Shown here piece after piece: positions 20,028 through 30,500 of a stretch of DNA of 64,000 bases; position 1 is the stretch's first letter, and the number at the start of each line of letters is the position of its first letter. A program made the translations under genes and the position numbers. The DNA lies in the IMG/VR virus record IMGVR_UViG_3300033141_006329, positions 1 through 64,000 of that record. The stretch is one strand, 5' to 3'. The notes under the pieces were generated by a model, which was given only the letters and a program-made list of their open reading frames with translations, ran no database searches and was not told the DNA's origin.

Positions 20028-20627
20028 TTATTCACTATTCCGTTTCAAATAATATCGCCAATTAGATTTAATTTTGAGATTAGCATCATCAGGATTTGGC
20101 ATATCTTCTTTAATCCAATCATGATCACTAACACATATATTATAATTATAATTAAGTTGTAACTGAAGTTTAGGATCATTATCATCAGTTCTAGCATATA
20201 CAAAATCTCTCAAAACTATTTTGGAATCCTTTAAGATATCTTCCTTTAAAATTTCATTTTCTAATGGTTGTCCTTTAATACCACAAATCGCTGAGTTGAT
20301 ACTAGTCATTAATCTTGTTACAATTGTATTTCCACAGAATTTCCCTTCTGCTTCTAATTCATATTCTTGAGGATTCTCTGCATATTGTTTAGATATAATT
20401 CTCTCTGCACATCCTACAGAATGTCTCTTAACCCAATCATATTCATACTCAAGAGGCTCTTCTTCCAACTTTAATTTAATGTGTTCGAACCCTTGCTCCT
20501 TTAATTCAGTTACAATTCCCTCATTTACTCCCTTTAAAAATACTTTTTTCTCGTTTTCCATTTTCTTTAACCTTTCTTTTATTAAAAAGGAGTTTGTTGA
20601 TGACGATGTATTTCTAGAATCCATCAT
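20028..20627 (-). CDS. hypothetical protein (true start probably MENEKK at about 20561)
   Basis: ORF track; the 5' extension lies inside an inverted-repeat element. Confidence 0.55.
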   Translation of the reverse strand: MMDSRNTSSSTNSFLIKERLKKMENEKKVFLKGVNEGIVTELKEQGFEHIKLKLEEEPLEYEYDWVKRHSVGCAERIISKQYAENPQEYELEAEGKFCGNTIVTRLMTSINSAICGIKGQPLENEILKEDILKDSKIVLRDFVYARTDDNDPKLQLQLNYNYNICVSDHDWIKEDMPNPDDANLKIKSNWRYYLKRNSE

Positions 20628-20703
20628 TTTTCTGGGGCGATTTTAGTTCCTAATAGAGCACGTTGTGGTGCAGCGCCCTCTAAACCCGATCAACAAACTC
20701 CTT
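20587..20703. ncRNA. candidate structured RNA closed by a 15-bp perfect stem
   Basis: AAGGAGTTTGTTGAT at 20587-20601 and its reverse complement at 20689-20703; internal hairpins. Confidence 0.4.
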
Positions 20704-20709
20704 ATTCTT

Positions 20710-21333
20710 TCAAAAACTTAATTTGCTCCACAGTCTTTTAATCAAAATATCAGCATCCTTATAGAGATGCCCTGACACACTATTGCTTTGAGTATTCTTA
20801 TCGACATACTCCTTTGTAACTTCCTCACCTTCAAGAATTTCCTTCACCGCATTTGGATATAATATAGTTTCACCAGTCTCTCTGTTTGTAACTTTAATAT
20901 CTTTAGTATATCCTTCCTCTAATCTCTCATTTGACCTATAAGAATTTACAATAGCATCATCCTTGGCTCTTTCCTTAATAACCTCATCATTCTCATCCAG
21001 GCACATATTAAAATCTACTTTTATTCTATCATCAAATTCTCGTTTATGTTTGGCATAACTCATAAGGGTAAAACATCCCCACGCAGCATGTGACATGTGT
21101 GGTAACCCACTTTCAGGATCAATATCTTCACCCATATACCACGCCCAAGTATGTCTCATTATAGCACCAAATATACGAGACCATTTCATACCTTTTCGCC
21201 AGTTATTGTCCTCATATTTTGCTGCACCAAAAGTATAGATTTTAGCCAATTCTATTAGAGCCTCACCAGGAATTAAATCGAATCTAAGTTTACCCCCATC
21301 GTATTTAACCCCTTCTTTTAACTTATCTTTCAT
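20710..21333 (-). CDS. dATP/dGTP diphosphohydrolase-domain protein (DUF5664-like)
   Basis: GVKYDGGKLRFDLIP, GAAKYEDNNWRKG, AIMRH, DPESGLPHMSHAA. Confidence 0.85.
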   Translation of the reverse strand: MKDKLKEGVKYDGGKLRFDLIPGEALIELAKIYTFGAAKYEDNNWRKGMKWSRIFGAIMRHTWAWYMGEDIDPESGLPHMSHAAWGCFTLMSYAKHKREFDDRIKVDFNMCLDENDEVIKERAKDDAIVNSYRSNERLEEGYTKDIKVTNRETGETILYPNAVKEILEGEEVTKEYVDKNTQSNSVSGHLYKDADILIKRLWSKLSF

Positions 21334-21355
21334 ATTCTTCCTCTCAAAAACCCTA

Positions 21356-21610
21356 TCACATTACTGATCTATATTTTCCTCTCTCTTCTAAAGTCCAATC
21401 AGTCACTATTGTTTTAGCAATTAATTCAAATTCTTTGCCCTCAAAAATTCTGAATACTACATTGCTACATCCTTCACACATACAATTATCAAAGTCCTTC
21501 TTGAATTTTATGACTTCTTCCTGTGTATTGCACTTTTTCATATTATACATAGGCACTTCGCTCGCATCATAATGATCAGGGTTAGTATACCCATAATATA
21601 TAAAAAACAT
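21356..21610 (-). CDS. hypothetical protein
   Basis: 84-aa ORF with RBS. Confidence 0.5.
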   Translation of the reverse strand: MFFIYYGYTNPDHYDASEVPMYNMKKCNTQEEVIKFKKDFDNCMCEGCSNVVFRIFEGKEFELIAKTIVTDWTLEERGKYRSVM

Positions 21611-21627
21611 AATATTTTCCTCCTAAG

Positions 21628-22338
21628 CTACCAATTTATCGGAGCATCGAATGCATCACCACCAAACCCGGCATCACCACCTGCTCCTGAATCTGGGGTA
21701 TGTGTAGATTCCTCCGGTTTATTATAATTTGATTGCGCTCCTTTATTATAAGAAGACCCTTGTGATTTGTCATAACTACCACTATTATAAGAGGATTTTC
21801 TATCACCATCAGATTTATTGCGTTTGGCATATTCCACTCTTGAAATAGCCTCATATAAATCCTTATGATAATCTAAATTCTTAGCGCCATTCTCAATATA
21901 AAATCTAAACTGAAGCATCTCATTGTGGCGAAACGCATAAGTTATAGGTGAGCCGTCATTCTTTGGCGGTAAGATAGTCATAATAATAGAACCTGTAGCA
22001 TTTCCTTGTTGATCTTTAGATCTATCTATCAGTAGTCTTGAGGGTTGACTATCACGATAATGAGTAAGCGAAAAGATCCTTTTAAACTTTTCATTTTTCT
22101 CTTGTGTATTTACATATGATCCATCTAAAATGGCCTTCAAATTTTCCAGTACATTCAAGCACTCACCCGCTGACAAAGAAAAATATGCTGTGTTATCCCA
22201 ATCATAAACCTTCTGTCCTTTTACAGGACGTCCAGAAAAATTAGGATCTAATGTTTTTGCCATAGATACTTGTACGGTACCTTTTGCTACTGATACTCCA
22301 AGTGTAATCATTGCTAATCTTGGGTTATAAAATCTCAT
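21628..22338 (-). CDS. hypothetical protein with SSB-like disordered acidic tail
   Basis: S/N/G-rich linker ending GGDAFDAPINW. Confidence 0.5.
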   Translation of the reverse strand: MRFYNPRLAMITLGVSVAKGTVQVSMAKTLDPNFSGRPVKGQKVYDWDNTAYFSLSAGECLNVLENLKAILDGSYVNTQEKNEKFKRIFSLTHYRDSQPSRLLIDRSKDQQGNATGSIIMTILPPKNDGSPITYAFRHNEMLQFRFYIENGAKNLDYHKDLYEAISRVEYAKRNKSDGDRKSSYNSGSYDKSQGSSYNKGAQSNYNKPEESTHTPDSGAGGDAGFGGDAFDAPINW

Positions 22339-22369
22339 ATACTTTCTCCTCTAACCTTTTTAAATTTTA

Positions 22370-22669
22370 TTATACTTTAATTTTGATTTTAAGTGTTTTT
22401 ACTTCATTTGGAATACTTGCAACATCTATTTCTATTCCTTGTTCAAATGCCTCTGCATATTCTCTACTAGGGATCGTTACAAGAACTTTATAATCATCAT
22501 CTGAATTAGGAACCCATCCAGACGGTACACCTAATTTATCAAAATATTCCTCTACCTCTTCTGTTCGTGGGAGTCCTAACTTTTTGTGATTATTCACAAT
22601 GTCTGTCATTGTTTTTAATTTATCATCCTCAAAATCTAAAACTCCATTAACTTCTGTTGTTATTTTCAT
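22370..22669 (-). CDS. hypothetical protein
   Basis: 99-aa ORF. Confidence 0.55.
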   Translation of the reverse strand: MKITTEVNGVLDFEDDKLKTMTDIVNNHKKLGLPRTEEVEEYFDKLGVPSGWVPNSDDDYKVLVTIPSREYAEAFEQGIEIDVASIPNEVKTLKIKIKV

Positions 22670-22693
22670 TTTTTTTCCTTTTATTGTTATTAT

Positions 22694-23020
22694 CTACTTA
22701 ATATCTAATGCCTCTTTCATGAGGTCTTCTGAACTGAAATCTTTTAATGCTTCTTTGTCTCCCCTCTCTATTAAATCGTAAGCTTCCATAACTTTGTTAA
22801 TTCCTATAGCATCTACAATTTCTTCTGTACTATAATGATTTACTACATCGTCTACGGGAAAATATTCCGCAATTTCTTCATATCCCATAGTATCCAATAA
22901 ATGACTTACGCCGACCTCGTTTACTATATCTGCTTCGGACACACCTTCTAACTCCACTATTGTACTATATGTATCATTGGGTTTAATTTCTACGCTACTA
23001 CAATATAGTGTTATTCTCAT
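22694..23020 (-). CDS. acidic helical-repeat protein
   Basis: short repeated helices (HLLDTMG, DVVNHYS, EIVDAIG). Confidence 0.55.
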   Translation of the reverse strand: MRITLYCSSVEIKPNDTYSTIVELEGVSEADIVNEVGVSHLLDTMGYEEIAEYFPVDDVVNHYSTEEIVDAIGINKVMEAYDLIERGDKEALKDFSSEDLMKEALDIK

Positions 23021-23208
23021 TTATCAAATCTCTTACAAGAACTATGATCAACTGTTAATATGTGACCATAATGATCACACTCGGTATCTTTACATGTACC
23101 TACAGGTAGAATTGGGGTAATCTCATTATCAGCACATATGATCTTCAAAATATATCTTTCAAACTTCTTACATCTACCACAAATATCTTTATAATGTTTT
23201 ATGGACAT
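23017..23208 (-). CDS. small Cys/His (Zn-binding?) protein
   Basis: start reassigned to MSIKHYK just after the ligase stop; CGRC...CKDTECDH. Confidence 0.5.
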   Translation of the reverse strand: MSIKHYKDICGRCKKFERYILKIICADNEITPILPVGTCKDTECDHYGHILTVDHSSCKRFDK

Positions 23209-23209
23209 T

Positions 23210-24229
23210 TTAGTGTCGCTCCTTTTTATTTTTCCTAGCCAGATATTCAAAACTAAGACATTTGGCCATACGCTCAGGTCGATCTGCTGATACAAGAACG
23301 ATCCCTTCCCTTAAATGAGAATTAGTATATACCGATGACATACTTGATAATTCACGAACTTGTTCTACAGACTCAAATCTTAGTAGTTTAAAATCGACTA
23401 CTGATACCCCTGTCTTCTCGCATAATATATTAAGAGCTGAAGGATTCATATAATAACCATTCCTGCTTGCTGCAAATACTCGTATGTCTGGTTCTCTTCT
23501 ATCGTAATGAAGATCCTGTACACCTCTACCAAATATCTCAGCAAAATATTCTATATTATCCACAAGCTTATCGGCCATATGTTCTCTTACCATTTTCCAA
23601 TATATATTAGTATCTGATTCCTTAAGGACTGTCTTATGTGAACCAACATATAGGGTAGACTCCTCTGTTTCTGGATGTGGTAATCTTCCAAATCTAAGAT
23701 TTGTTCCATGTATTTTTTCAGAATAATATATCTTTTCACCCACTTCAAATGTATCAGGTTCATTTAATATATTAGGCATCTTATAGAAAGTATGAAAATG
23801 TGGAGATACGAGTGATAATGACAACCCATCTCCTTGCATATGGAGTGTGGGTTTATCTTCCCACTTCATAATATGCGGTACCCATTTCTCTATAATATCT
23901 GGTCTTACTATTAATCCTTCAGATCTATTACCTCTAAACTTCGCAACTCTAACTCTTCCTTTAGATAAATATTTTGTAATATCTAACTCTTCACTTAGGT
24001 CTGCTGGTAATACTGATTCTGCTGGTATGAACATAACTTTACTACCTTCTTCATGTAGACCTTTCTGTGATATTGCATTCCAACCTAACTCTTCAAACTC
24101 TATCTTATCCAACCTATCTGAATTTGCCGCTGGTGATATTTTCTTTATGGTTACCATCCTCACATAGGGGCTGGGGTCACAATGATCTATATCACGAGCG
24201 TATCTAACACCGTTCCTTTCAAACTCCAT
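23210..24229 (-). CDS. RNA ligase, DRB0094/Rnl5 family
   Basis: NSDRLD, FIPAESVLP, FRGNRSEGL, EKIHGTN (motif I Lys), AEIFG, REGIV. Confidence 0.85.
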   Translation of the reverse strand: MEFERNGVRYARDIDHCDPSPYVRMVTIKKISPAANSDRLDKIEFEELGWNAISQKGLHEEGSKVMFIPAESVLPADLSEELDITKYLSKGRVRVAKFRGNRSEGLIVRPDIIEKWVPHIMKWEDKPTLHMQGDGLSLSLVSPHFHTFYKMPNILNEPDTFEVGEKIYYSEKIHGTNLRFGRLPHPETEESTLYVGSHKTVLKESDTNIYWKMVREHMADKLVDNIEYFAEIFGRGVQDLHYDRREPDIRVFAASRNGYYMNPSALNILCEKTGVSVVDFKLLRFESVEQVRELSSMSSVYTNSHLREGIVLVSADRPERMAKCLSFEYLARKNKKERH

Positions 24230-24244
24230 ACTTTCTCTTCCTCC

Positions 24245-24448
24245 TTAATCTTTTAATATTTTTCCTACTTCTTCTTCCATTGAAACGTCAAAACGATTTT
24301 TAAGGATATTGCTATCTTCTTTGTTCCAAGTTATCTCGACGCCATTTATATCTTTTGTAACTACATGACTTACCTCTTCTCCTCCATCTTTCACTTTCTT
24401 TTTGTAAACAGTTCCATCATAATTTTCTTGTATATCTTCTGGTGTCAT
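24245..24448 (-). CDS. hypothetical protein
   Basis: 67-aa ORF with GGAGG. Confidence 0.55.
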   Translation of the reverse strand: MTPEDIQENYDGTVYKKKVKDGGEEVSHVVTKDINGVEITWNKEDSNILKNRFDVSMEEEVGKILKD

Positions 24449-24750
24449 TTTTTATTCCTCCTTAATTTTGCTAGTTCTTTCTCTTGCTTAATCAACAGCA
24501 TTACCATCTTTGGGACCATCCAAATCAATCCACCCGAAAGTTCATCCAGGAACGTATCGTAATCGTATTTGTCTCCCGGCCACTCATATTCGACATCGAT
24601 ACCTTCACCTTTATCAATGATAAGTAGTATTAATTTATCTCCCACTTCTCGTAATTTGAATCCTGAATTTAGCTCATCACTATAATAATCTGATTCTAAG
24701 GGTTTGATCTTACAAATATGAGATACTTTCTTCAATATTTTATCTAACAT
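24445..24750 (-). CDS. hypothetical protein (resembles 25346-25663)
   Basis: shared EYxWPG motif. Confidence 0.5.
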   Translation of the reverse strand: MLDKILKKVSHICKIKPLESDYYSDELNSGFKLREVGDKLILLIIDKGEGIDVEYEWPGDKYDYDTFLDELSGGLIWMVPKMVMLLIKQEKELAKLRRNKK

Positions 24751-24751
24751 A

Positions 24752-25143
24752 CTATATCCTTTCTAAAATAGCCTTAACAGTATTCCCATCCGTCAGTCCA
24801 CCAAAATGTTTTAATATAGGACCTATAGCTTTCAGTCTACTCTTATATTTTGAGAAGTCTATATTCTCTCGTATCCATTTTTCCACTTCTTCCTTAGAAA
24901 TTGGTGTAGGCAAATATCTTTGTAATATCTCTAAATAATCTGATGTAGCCATTTCTGCAAAAGTTAGAACTTCGATTTCTAACTTCTCAAGTCTTTTCAA
25001 TATCTTGATAACCTCTGGATCTGTTAGAATTTTCTTAGGGTGTCTTTGAATTTCCCAAGAATGACCGTTAGGGAAGAATATTCTATCTTCTCCCTTTTCA
25101 TTGCCTCTCGCAAATCCTTCGTAATTTGTTCTTGTAGTGTCAT
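24752..25143 (-). pseudogene. GatB/YqeY-domain protein interrupted by a -1 frameshift at about 25054
   Basis: RBS GGGAGG + MTLQEQITKDLREAMK...SSLTVILG in one frame; EIQRHPKKILTDPEVIKIL...YLP...WIRENIDFS...GPILKHFG in the -1 frame. Confidence 0.75.
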
Positions 25144-25349
25144 TTGTCCTCCCTTTCACATGGCCACTCACCTTGAATTTGACCGCACTCTAAACACCAT
25201 TCGAATTCGATATAATCACCACCACCAATTCCTATATCATCAGGAACATATCCATCAAAATCTACACCTTCAATATATCCATTATTACAATCTGAAGTCT
25301 TTCCTGTTATACTAGCTAATTTTTTACTACCACAATTTTGACAACTCAT
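25140..25349 (-). CDS. small Zn-ribbon protein
   Basis: CQNC...CLECG. Confidence 0.6.
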   Translation of the reverse strand: MSCQNCGSKKLASITGKTSDCNNGYIEGVDFDGYVPDDIGIGGGDYIEFEWCLECGQIQGEWPCEREDK

Positions 25350-25663
25350 AAGCAGTCCTGACTCTTATTCATAAGCTGTAATATAATCCTATGAATACTA
25401 TCAAATTTATTTTCCTTCAAAGCTTCAACAAAAATATTGAAGTCATTTTCATTACCTGGCCAAACATATTCTTCTGTAGATCCGCCCTTACATTCTTCAT
25501 CAACTCGGAGACAAGGAATCCCGCTATGTTCGACTAGACTATAAGTTAGGCCCAATGTATCGTCATAATACGTTGCCAATGGTTTATTTAATAATTCAGT
25601 TCTTTCTGTTTTTCTTAAGGGTATGGTTTCCCTTTCAATATCATTCAAAATTTCTTTTAACAT
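25346..25663 (-). CDS. hypothetical protein
   Basis: 105-aa ORF; EYVWPG. Confidence 0.5.
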   Translation of the reverse strand: MLKEILNDIERETIPLRKTERTELLNKPLATYYDDTLGLTYSLVEHSGIPCLRVDEECKGGSTEEYVWPGNENDFNIFVEALKENKFDSIHRIILQLMNKSQDCL

Positions 25664-25666
25664 TTT

Positions 25667-26599
25667 TTATCCCCTTTGTTTTGAATTGTTTGATCTGGGT
25701 CTTCTTGGAACCTTCGACCGTTCTTTTACCTCCTTCTTCTTAGAATACTGATTTGTCTCTATGTTAATCCATCTCTTATATGCGCCACCACACTTCTTCA
25801 TTATAGTATCAGCATCTTCAGCATCGAGTTGTTCTTTCCATCTACATACATGCGCTCGCTTTTTGGATATATGTCTAATGTATTTAGTTAATGTTTTTGG
25901 TGTATAACTCAGCCCTGTAAAATTCAATATTCTTCTAATATACAGCGTTGGATTATTTACTATCCTCTCGATGCTATAAATCATATAATTAGATCTCGGT
26001 ACATCAACATAACTATTCCAAGCTTTAATCATATTATCATTATAATAGTTAATGAATCCCTTTAAATTATTTGGACCCCACGTCTGACAAAGCATAGAAC
26101 AATAAACATCTCTAGGATCTCTTATAATGTGCATATACCTAATATTAGGAAAGGTGCGATATAAAAAATCAGCCATTATATTTGTATGTGGAGTTTTTTC
26201 CAAAAGAACATTTCCTCTAAAATTTCCCATACCATACTCATACATACATCTTACAAAAATACTAGCGCAATCCTCAGATATTTCAGGTGACACGAAACAT
26301 GTATCGAATATCCTCTTAACCTTCTTTTCAATAAAAAGATTTCTAGTATTATATCCTTGATGTCTTAAGGATTCTATCATCCTCGATCTAAGGGTGCATA
26401 ATATCTTTTTCTCGAATATATCTTTTCCGACATAATCATTTATAGCATCATACACCCCTCCGCCATCTATGAGAAATCTAGATTCACCAAAATATATAAT
26501 ATCCGGATGCTCAGATAATAACTTTCCCAATACAGATGTTCCTGACCTACCTGTTCCCCCTATAAAGATAGGGCTATTGTATTTAGTCTTATTATTCAA
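25667..26599 (-). CDS. PAPS-dependent sulfotransferase
   Basis: IFIGGTGRSGTS (5'-PSB loop), EKTPH, IIRDPRDVYCS (3'-PB). Confidence 0.85.
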   Translation of the reverse strand: MNNKTKYNSPIFIGGTGRSGTSVLGKLLSEHPDIIYFGESRFLIDGGGVYDAINDYVGKDIFEKKILCTLRSRMIESLRHQGYNTRNLFIEKKVKRIFDTCFVSPEISEDCASIFVRCMYEYGMGNFRGNVLLEKTPHTNIMADFLYRTFPNIRYMHIIRDPRDVYCSMLCQTWGPNNLKGFINYYNDNMIKAWNSYVDVPRSNYMIYSIERIVNNPTLYIRRILNFTGLSYTPKTLTKYIRHISKKRAHVCRWKEQLDAEDADTIMKKCGGAYKRWINIETNQYSKKKEVKERSKVPRRPRSNNSKQRG

Positions 26600-26603
26600 A
26601 AAC

Positions 26604-26900
26604 TTAGACTACAAATGAAGTGGCAATGGGACTACCCTCATATGTCGGTTGAGTATCATCCTTATCGAGTATCTCTATCGATCCTCTATTGAAATCCAAT
26701 ACTGAACTTCGAAGTTTTACTAATCCTATAGCGTTCATACTCACTCTCATTTTTGTGAATATATTAGGATCTGATTCCGCTCGTAGTGGAATTAGTATTT
26801 TTAAACCCCTATCCAATTCAATTTCAAATTCATTATTGCCAGGACTATAACCCATTAAATAACCTACTACTTCTGTTTTGCCATATTTAATTTTAACCAT
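26604..26900 (-). CDS. hypothetical protein
   Basis: 98-aa ORF with GAGGGG RBS. Confidence 0.55.
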   Translation of the reverse strand: MVKIKYGKTEVVGYLMGYSPGNNEFEIELDRGLKILIPLRAESDPNIFTKMRVSMNAIGLVKLRSSVLDFNRGSIEILDKDDTQPTYEGSPIATSFVV

Positions 26901-26996
26901 CTTAATACCCCTCTCAAAAAACTTGTTAATAAAAATTTCGGATTATCCGAATTGTCTCATAACTGCTGTTTGTATTTTAAACAACAATTTCTTGCA

Positions 26997-27019
26997 TTCA
27001 TAATTTAATATATATAGTT
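26997..27019 (-). promoter_or_regulatory. candidate phage promoter motif AACTATATATATTAAATTATGAA
   Basis: 22/23 identical to 44147-44169; both intergenic and upstream of genes. Confidence 0.55.
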
Positions 27020-27030
27020 GAACCGCACTT

Positions 27031-27555
27031 TTAGTCCTTGTATTCCTTTTTCGATTCCTTCACAACAGTAGATAAAAATGCTTTAAAGCTTTCATTGTCA
27101 ATATACATCATGGCCTTCTTCATAAGGAAAGGCACAATTGAAACAACTTCAGCATCATTAAATACACCCTCTAATGTTCTTCTGTTTGAATTCTCATCAA
27201 TATCACCATTGTCTATCAGTGTCATCATTAGACTTTTTATAAATATCAATAATTTTATAGTCTCTGATCTAATATCAAATACTTCAAACCCCTCTGATAG
27301 ATAAGGTTTAAGACTATTTAACGAATATGTTTTTATTATACTTCTAAGAAGCAAAGCCCAAAACTCATCATTACTATCTTTTATTTCTTTTAATAAAAAT
27401 TTAAGTTCATATTTCGATATTCTTTTATTCAACGATCCTAATACTTGTGATTGATTATATTGAAATAAACTTCTCTCATTTACTTCCGAAGCAGACTCGT
27501 CTGCATCTATTTCATCTGAAAGCTGGCCTAATATATAACTATCCTCTAATCCCAT
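27031..27555 (-). CDS. hypothetical protein
   Basis: 174-aa ORF after the beta gene. Confidence 0.6.
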   Translation of the reverse strand: MGLEDSYILGQLSDEIDADESASEVNERSLFQYNQSQVLGSLNKRISKYELKFLLKEIKDSNDEFWALLLRSIIKTYSLNSLKPYLSEGFEVFDIRSETIKLLIFIKSLMMTLIDNGDIDENSNRRTLEGVFNDAEVVSIVPFLMKKAMMYIDNESFKAFLSTVVKESKKEYKD

Positions 27556-27564
27556 CTATATCTC

Positions 27565-30500
27565 CTATTCAGACTCCAAATGACATGCAATTATCATATT
27601 GTCTAACAACTCTTTTTCTGGATTTATCTTACCTTGCCTAAATTCTGTTTTACCTTGTTGTATTATTTCTGAAATCATTTCATTTTTGGAAGCATGATCC
27701 GAAGATAATGAACCAAACATTTCATCTATTATAATAGGACAATCCCAAGCTAATAATCCATACAAATCCGACTCTCCAAATTTCTGACCACCGCCCCTTT
27801 TCTTTCCTGCTGTTGGTGCTAATGTCTTGGATACATAAGGCCCTACTCCCCTTGATGCCAGTTTCTTAGCTGATAATTGTTCCAACTTCTGTATAAGAAT
27901 AAATCCTATTGTAACGGGATCCGTCGTCATATTAAATTCCGGTAATTTCAGTTTATAACTAGGTTTCAATCCCAATATAGCAAGTGCCTCCAATATATTT
28001 GTTCTACTTGGGCCTTTGAACGGTGGAACTATAATAGACATATACCCCTTTTTCACTACTTGATTTTTCAAATCATTGAAACCTTTATCAGACATCGATT
28101 TTAATTTAGATATAACATTCTTACTATATTCTTTATTATCAGTACCGTCAAGTAATTCTAAAACTGTTCGAAGTAGAGATATAAATCTAGCTTTAGGTAA
28201 ATCTTTAATTCTACTAGCTAACTCTTTAGCTATCAACCCAACATGTGCTTCAGCCGTCTGACCCGTATTCATCCTATTTACAACCCCCAATGGGTTTAAA
28301 ATAATATCAACCTTTTCTCCCCAGGGTGTTATTGGCATGTTTTCATCTTTCTCTATTATAGAAACAACTCCTTTATTCCCATGTCTATTATTCATCTTAT
28401 CGCCTTTTTCCATTTTCAGATGTTGCTCCATAGTGAACTTTATCATTATACCATCAAATCTCTCATTTTTTTCTTTGAATGATCCTAAAGGATATTTACC
28501 ATTTATCTTAGTAAAATGTCCTCTAAATTCTTCATATACCGATTGTAATTTCTCAGGTATATCTTTAACATTTGCATATACTTCTATATTAGAAACTATT
28601 CCTCCTTCAGTTCTAAGATGTTTATATGCCTCAACATCATATGCTGCTTTTGAATGAGTTATGAGTATACCACCCTTATCTATTGTATCTCCAACATTGA
28701 CTATAGATAAAACATCATCATCTGGTTCTAAATATACTTTTTCTTCTTCTACGTGTACTGATATATATTTCTTGGCAGCACTTTCGGATATAACAATCCC
28801 GTCTTCAAAATTGTAACCTTTCCAGGCCATAAACGCGCATAATAAATTAACACCATTTGCTATACATCCTTCAGATATATTCGCACCTTCAGCCAATATT
28901 TGATCTCTCTTGACTGTTTGTCCTATCGCTACAGTGGGTTTAAATTTGCTTAAACCATTCTTACCTGATCCTGATTTGAGAACTACAGAACGAGTATCTA
29001 TGGGTACTTCTTTGCCTGTATCCTTATCTTTAACTATTATCATATCTGGTTTAATCGAAATAATAACGCCATTCACAGGACTCTTTTTTATAAAATTCTC
29101 ACTAAGTAAGTTCGTAAGTAAGGATTCATATCCAGTTTGAACTGCTGGTGGTTCTGCCCCCTCCGTTGGTATTACTTGTCTCGATTGGCCTGTACCCATC
29201 ATTACTCTACACCCATCATCACTTTCAACAAACGGAACCATTGCGGGACCCACACTCAATATTTCTGATGGTTTTACCAAGCTGGGATCTTTCATTGCAA
29301 ATGTGCCTCTAGCATTAGATATAGTTGCCCCCACAGTTAGATGCTGTTGTATTCCAACCATAGGACTATCTGGTGTTTCTAGTGGATCTATATTACCATA
29401 ATATGTATAATGTATATTTAATGCCTTGTGTGGAACTGCTGCTTTATCTGGTATACCTCCTATACCAACTGGCGTGATCCTCGTCATCATAGATAGTTCT
29501 TCCATAGGATTTGAGGTTTCAAGTAATTGACAATTTGGAGAATTTGTTACCTCAGAAAAAACCTTTGTCGGTGATAATGATAATCTAGCTGTTTCATCCC
29601 CTCCTAATTTTTTAGATAAATATTCATTATATGCCGATAATACTTGTTTCTGTATCTGGTTTGTAAACACTTCGGATGTTCTAACCCTTTGTTTATCCAT
29701 AGAGTTTCTATCATCTACTGTGCCTTTGACTACTTCTTCGCATATATATTTTATTACTGTAGGTAGTGTTGTTGGATCACCTTTGGATAATAATACTTCT
29801 CTAGCTACGGGCGTGAGTATAAACTTCCATGATTGGTCTATCCTATATATACAATTCCTTGTTCCTATTTCTTTTATTAATACCCTTTCCCAAAAACCTT
29901 TTTCTTCTATTTCAAAATGGTTTACAGGAAATGATACTACAGATCGTTTAAAAGATGAAATAACTTCTTCTCCTACTATTGAGCTGGTAGTAAATGTTAT
30001 AAATCTATCGTCTAACAATTTTATAGAATCGGGTTTCTTTTCTATACCTATTTCATATTTAATTTTGAATAGTTCCATAGTTTCTTTGAATCCATAATTA
30101 TATCCCAGAAACATCATTATAGGTAATTTGTAACCTGACATATATGCCATCAGATAAGGAGACTTTGTTTGTTGACTATAGATAGTTAGTTTGGCATATG
30201 ACGTTTCTAATCTTCCATGATATGGTTTATAGAAAAATATGGGATGAGTTATTAATTGATTTACCAAAACTTTGGGTTGACCATTTATAACAAATGTACC
30301 ATTCTCTGTTAGGTGTGGTATATCCAATTCTACCGTGTGTACTTCTCCTTCAGGGCCAGATAATTGTATTGTATATCTATCTTTCAATGTCTTCTTTAAT
30401 TCACCCGCAGGACTCTTTATGGGATTTATTTTAACACTTTTAACTTTGAGTGGTAAGTTTTCAGTTTCAAGAGGTTTAAATACATTTGTCAAATCTTTCA

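Noticed and set aside
20587-20703. Hammerhead ribozyme (TTGATGA resembles CUGAUGA)
   Set aside because: No correctly placed GAAA or stem arrangement.
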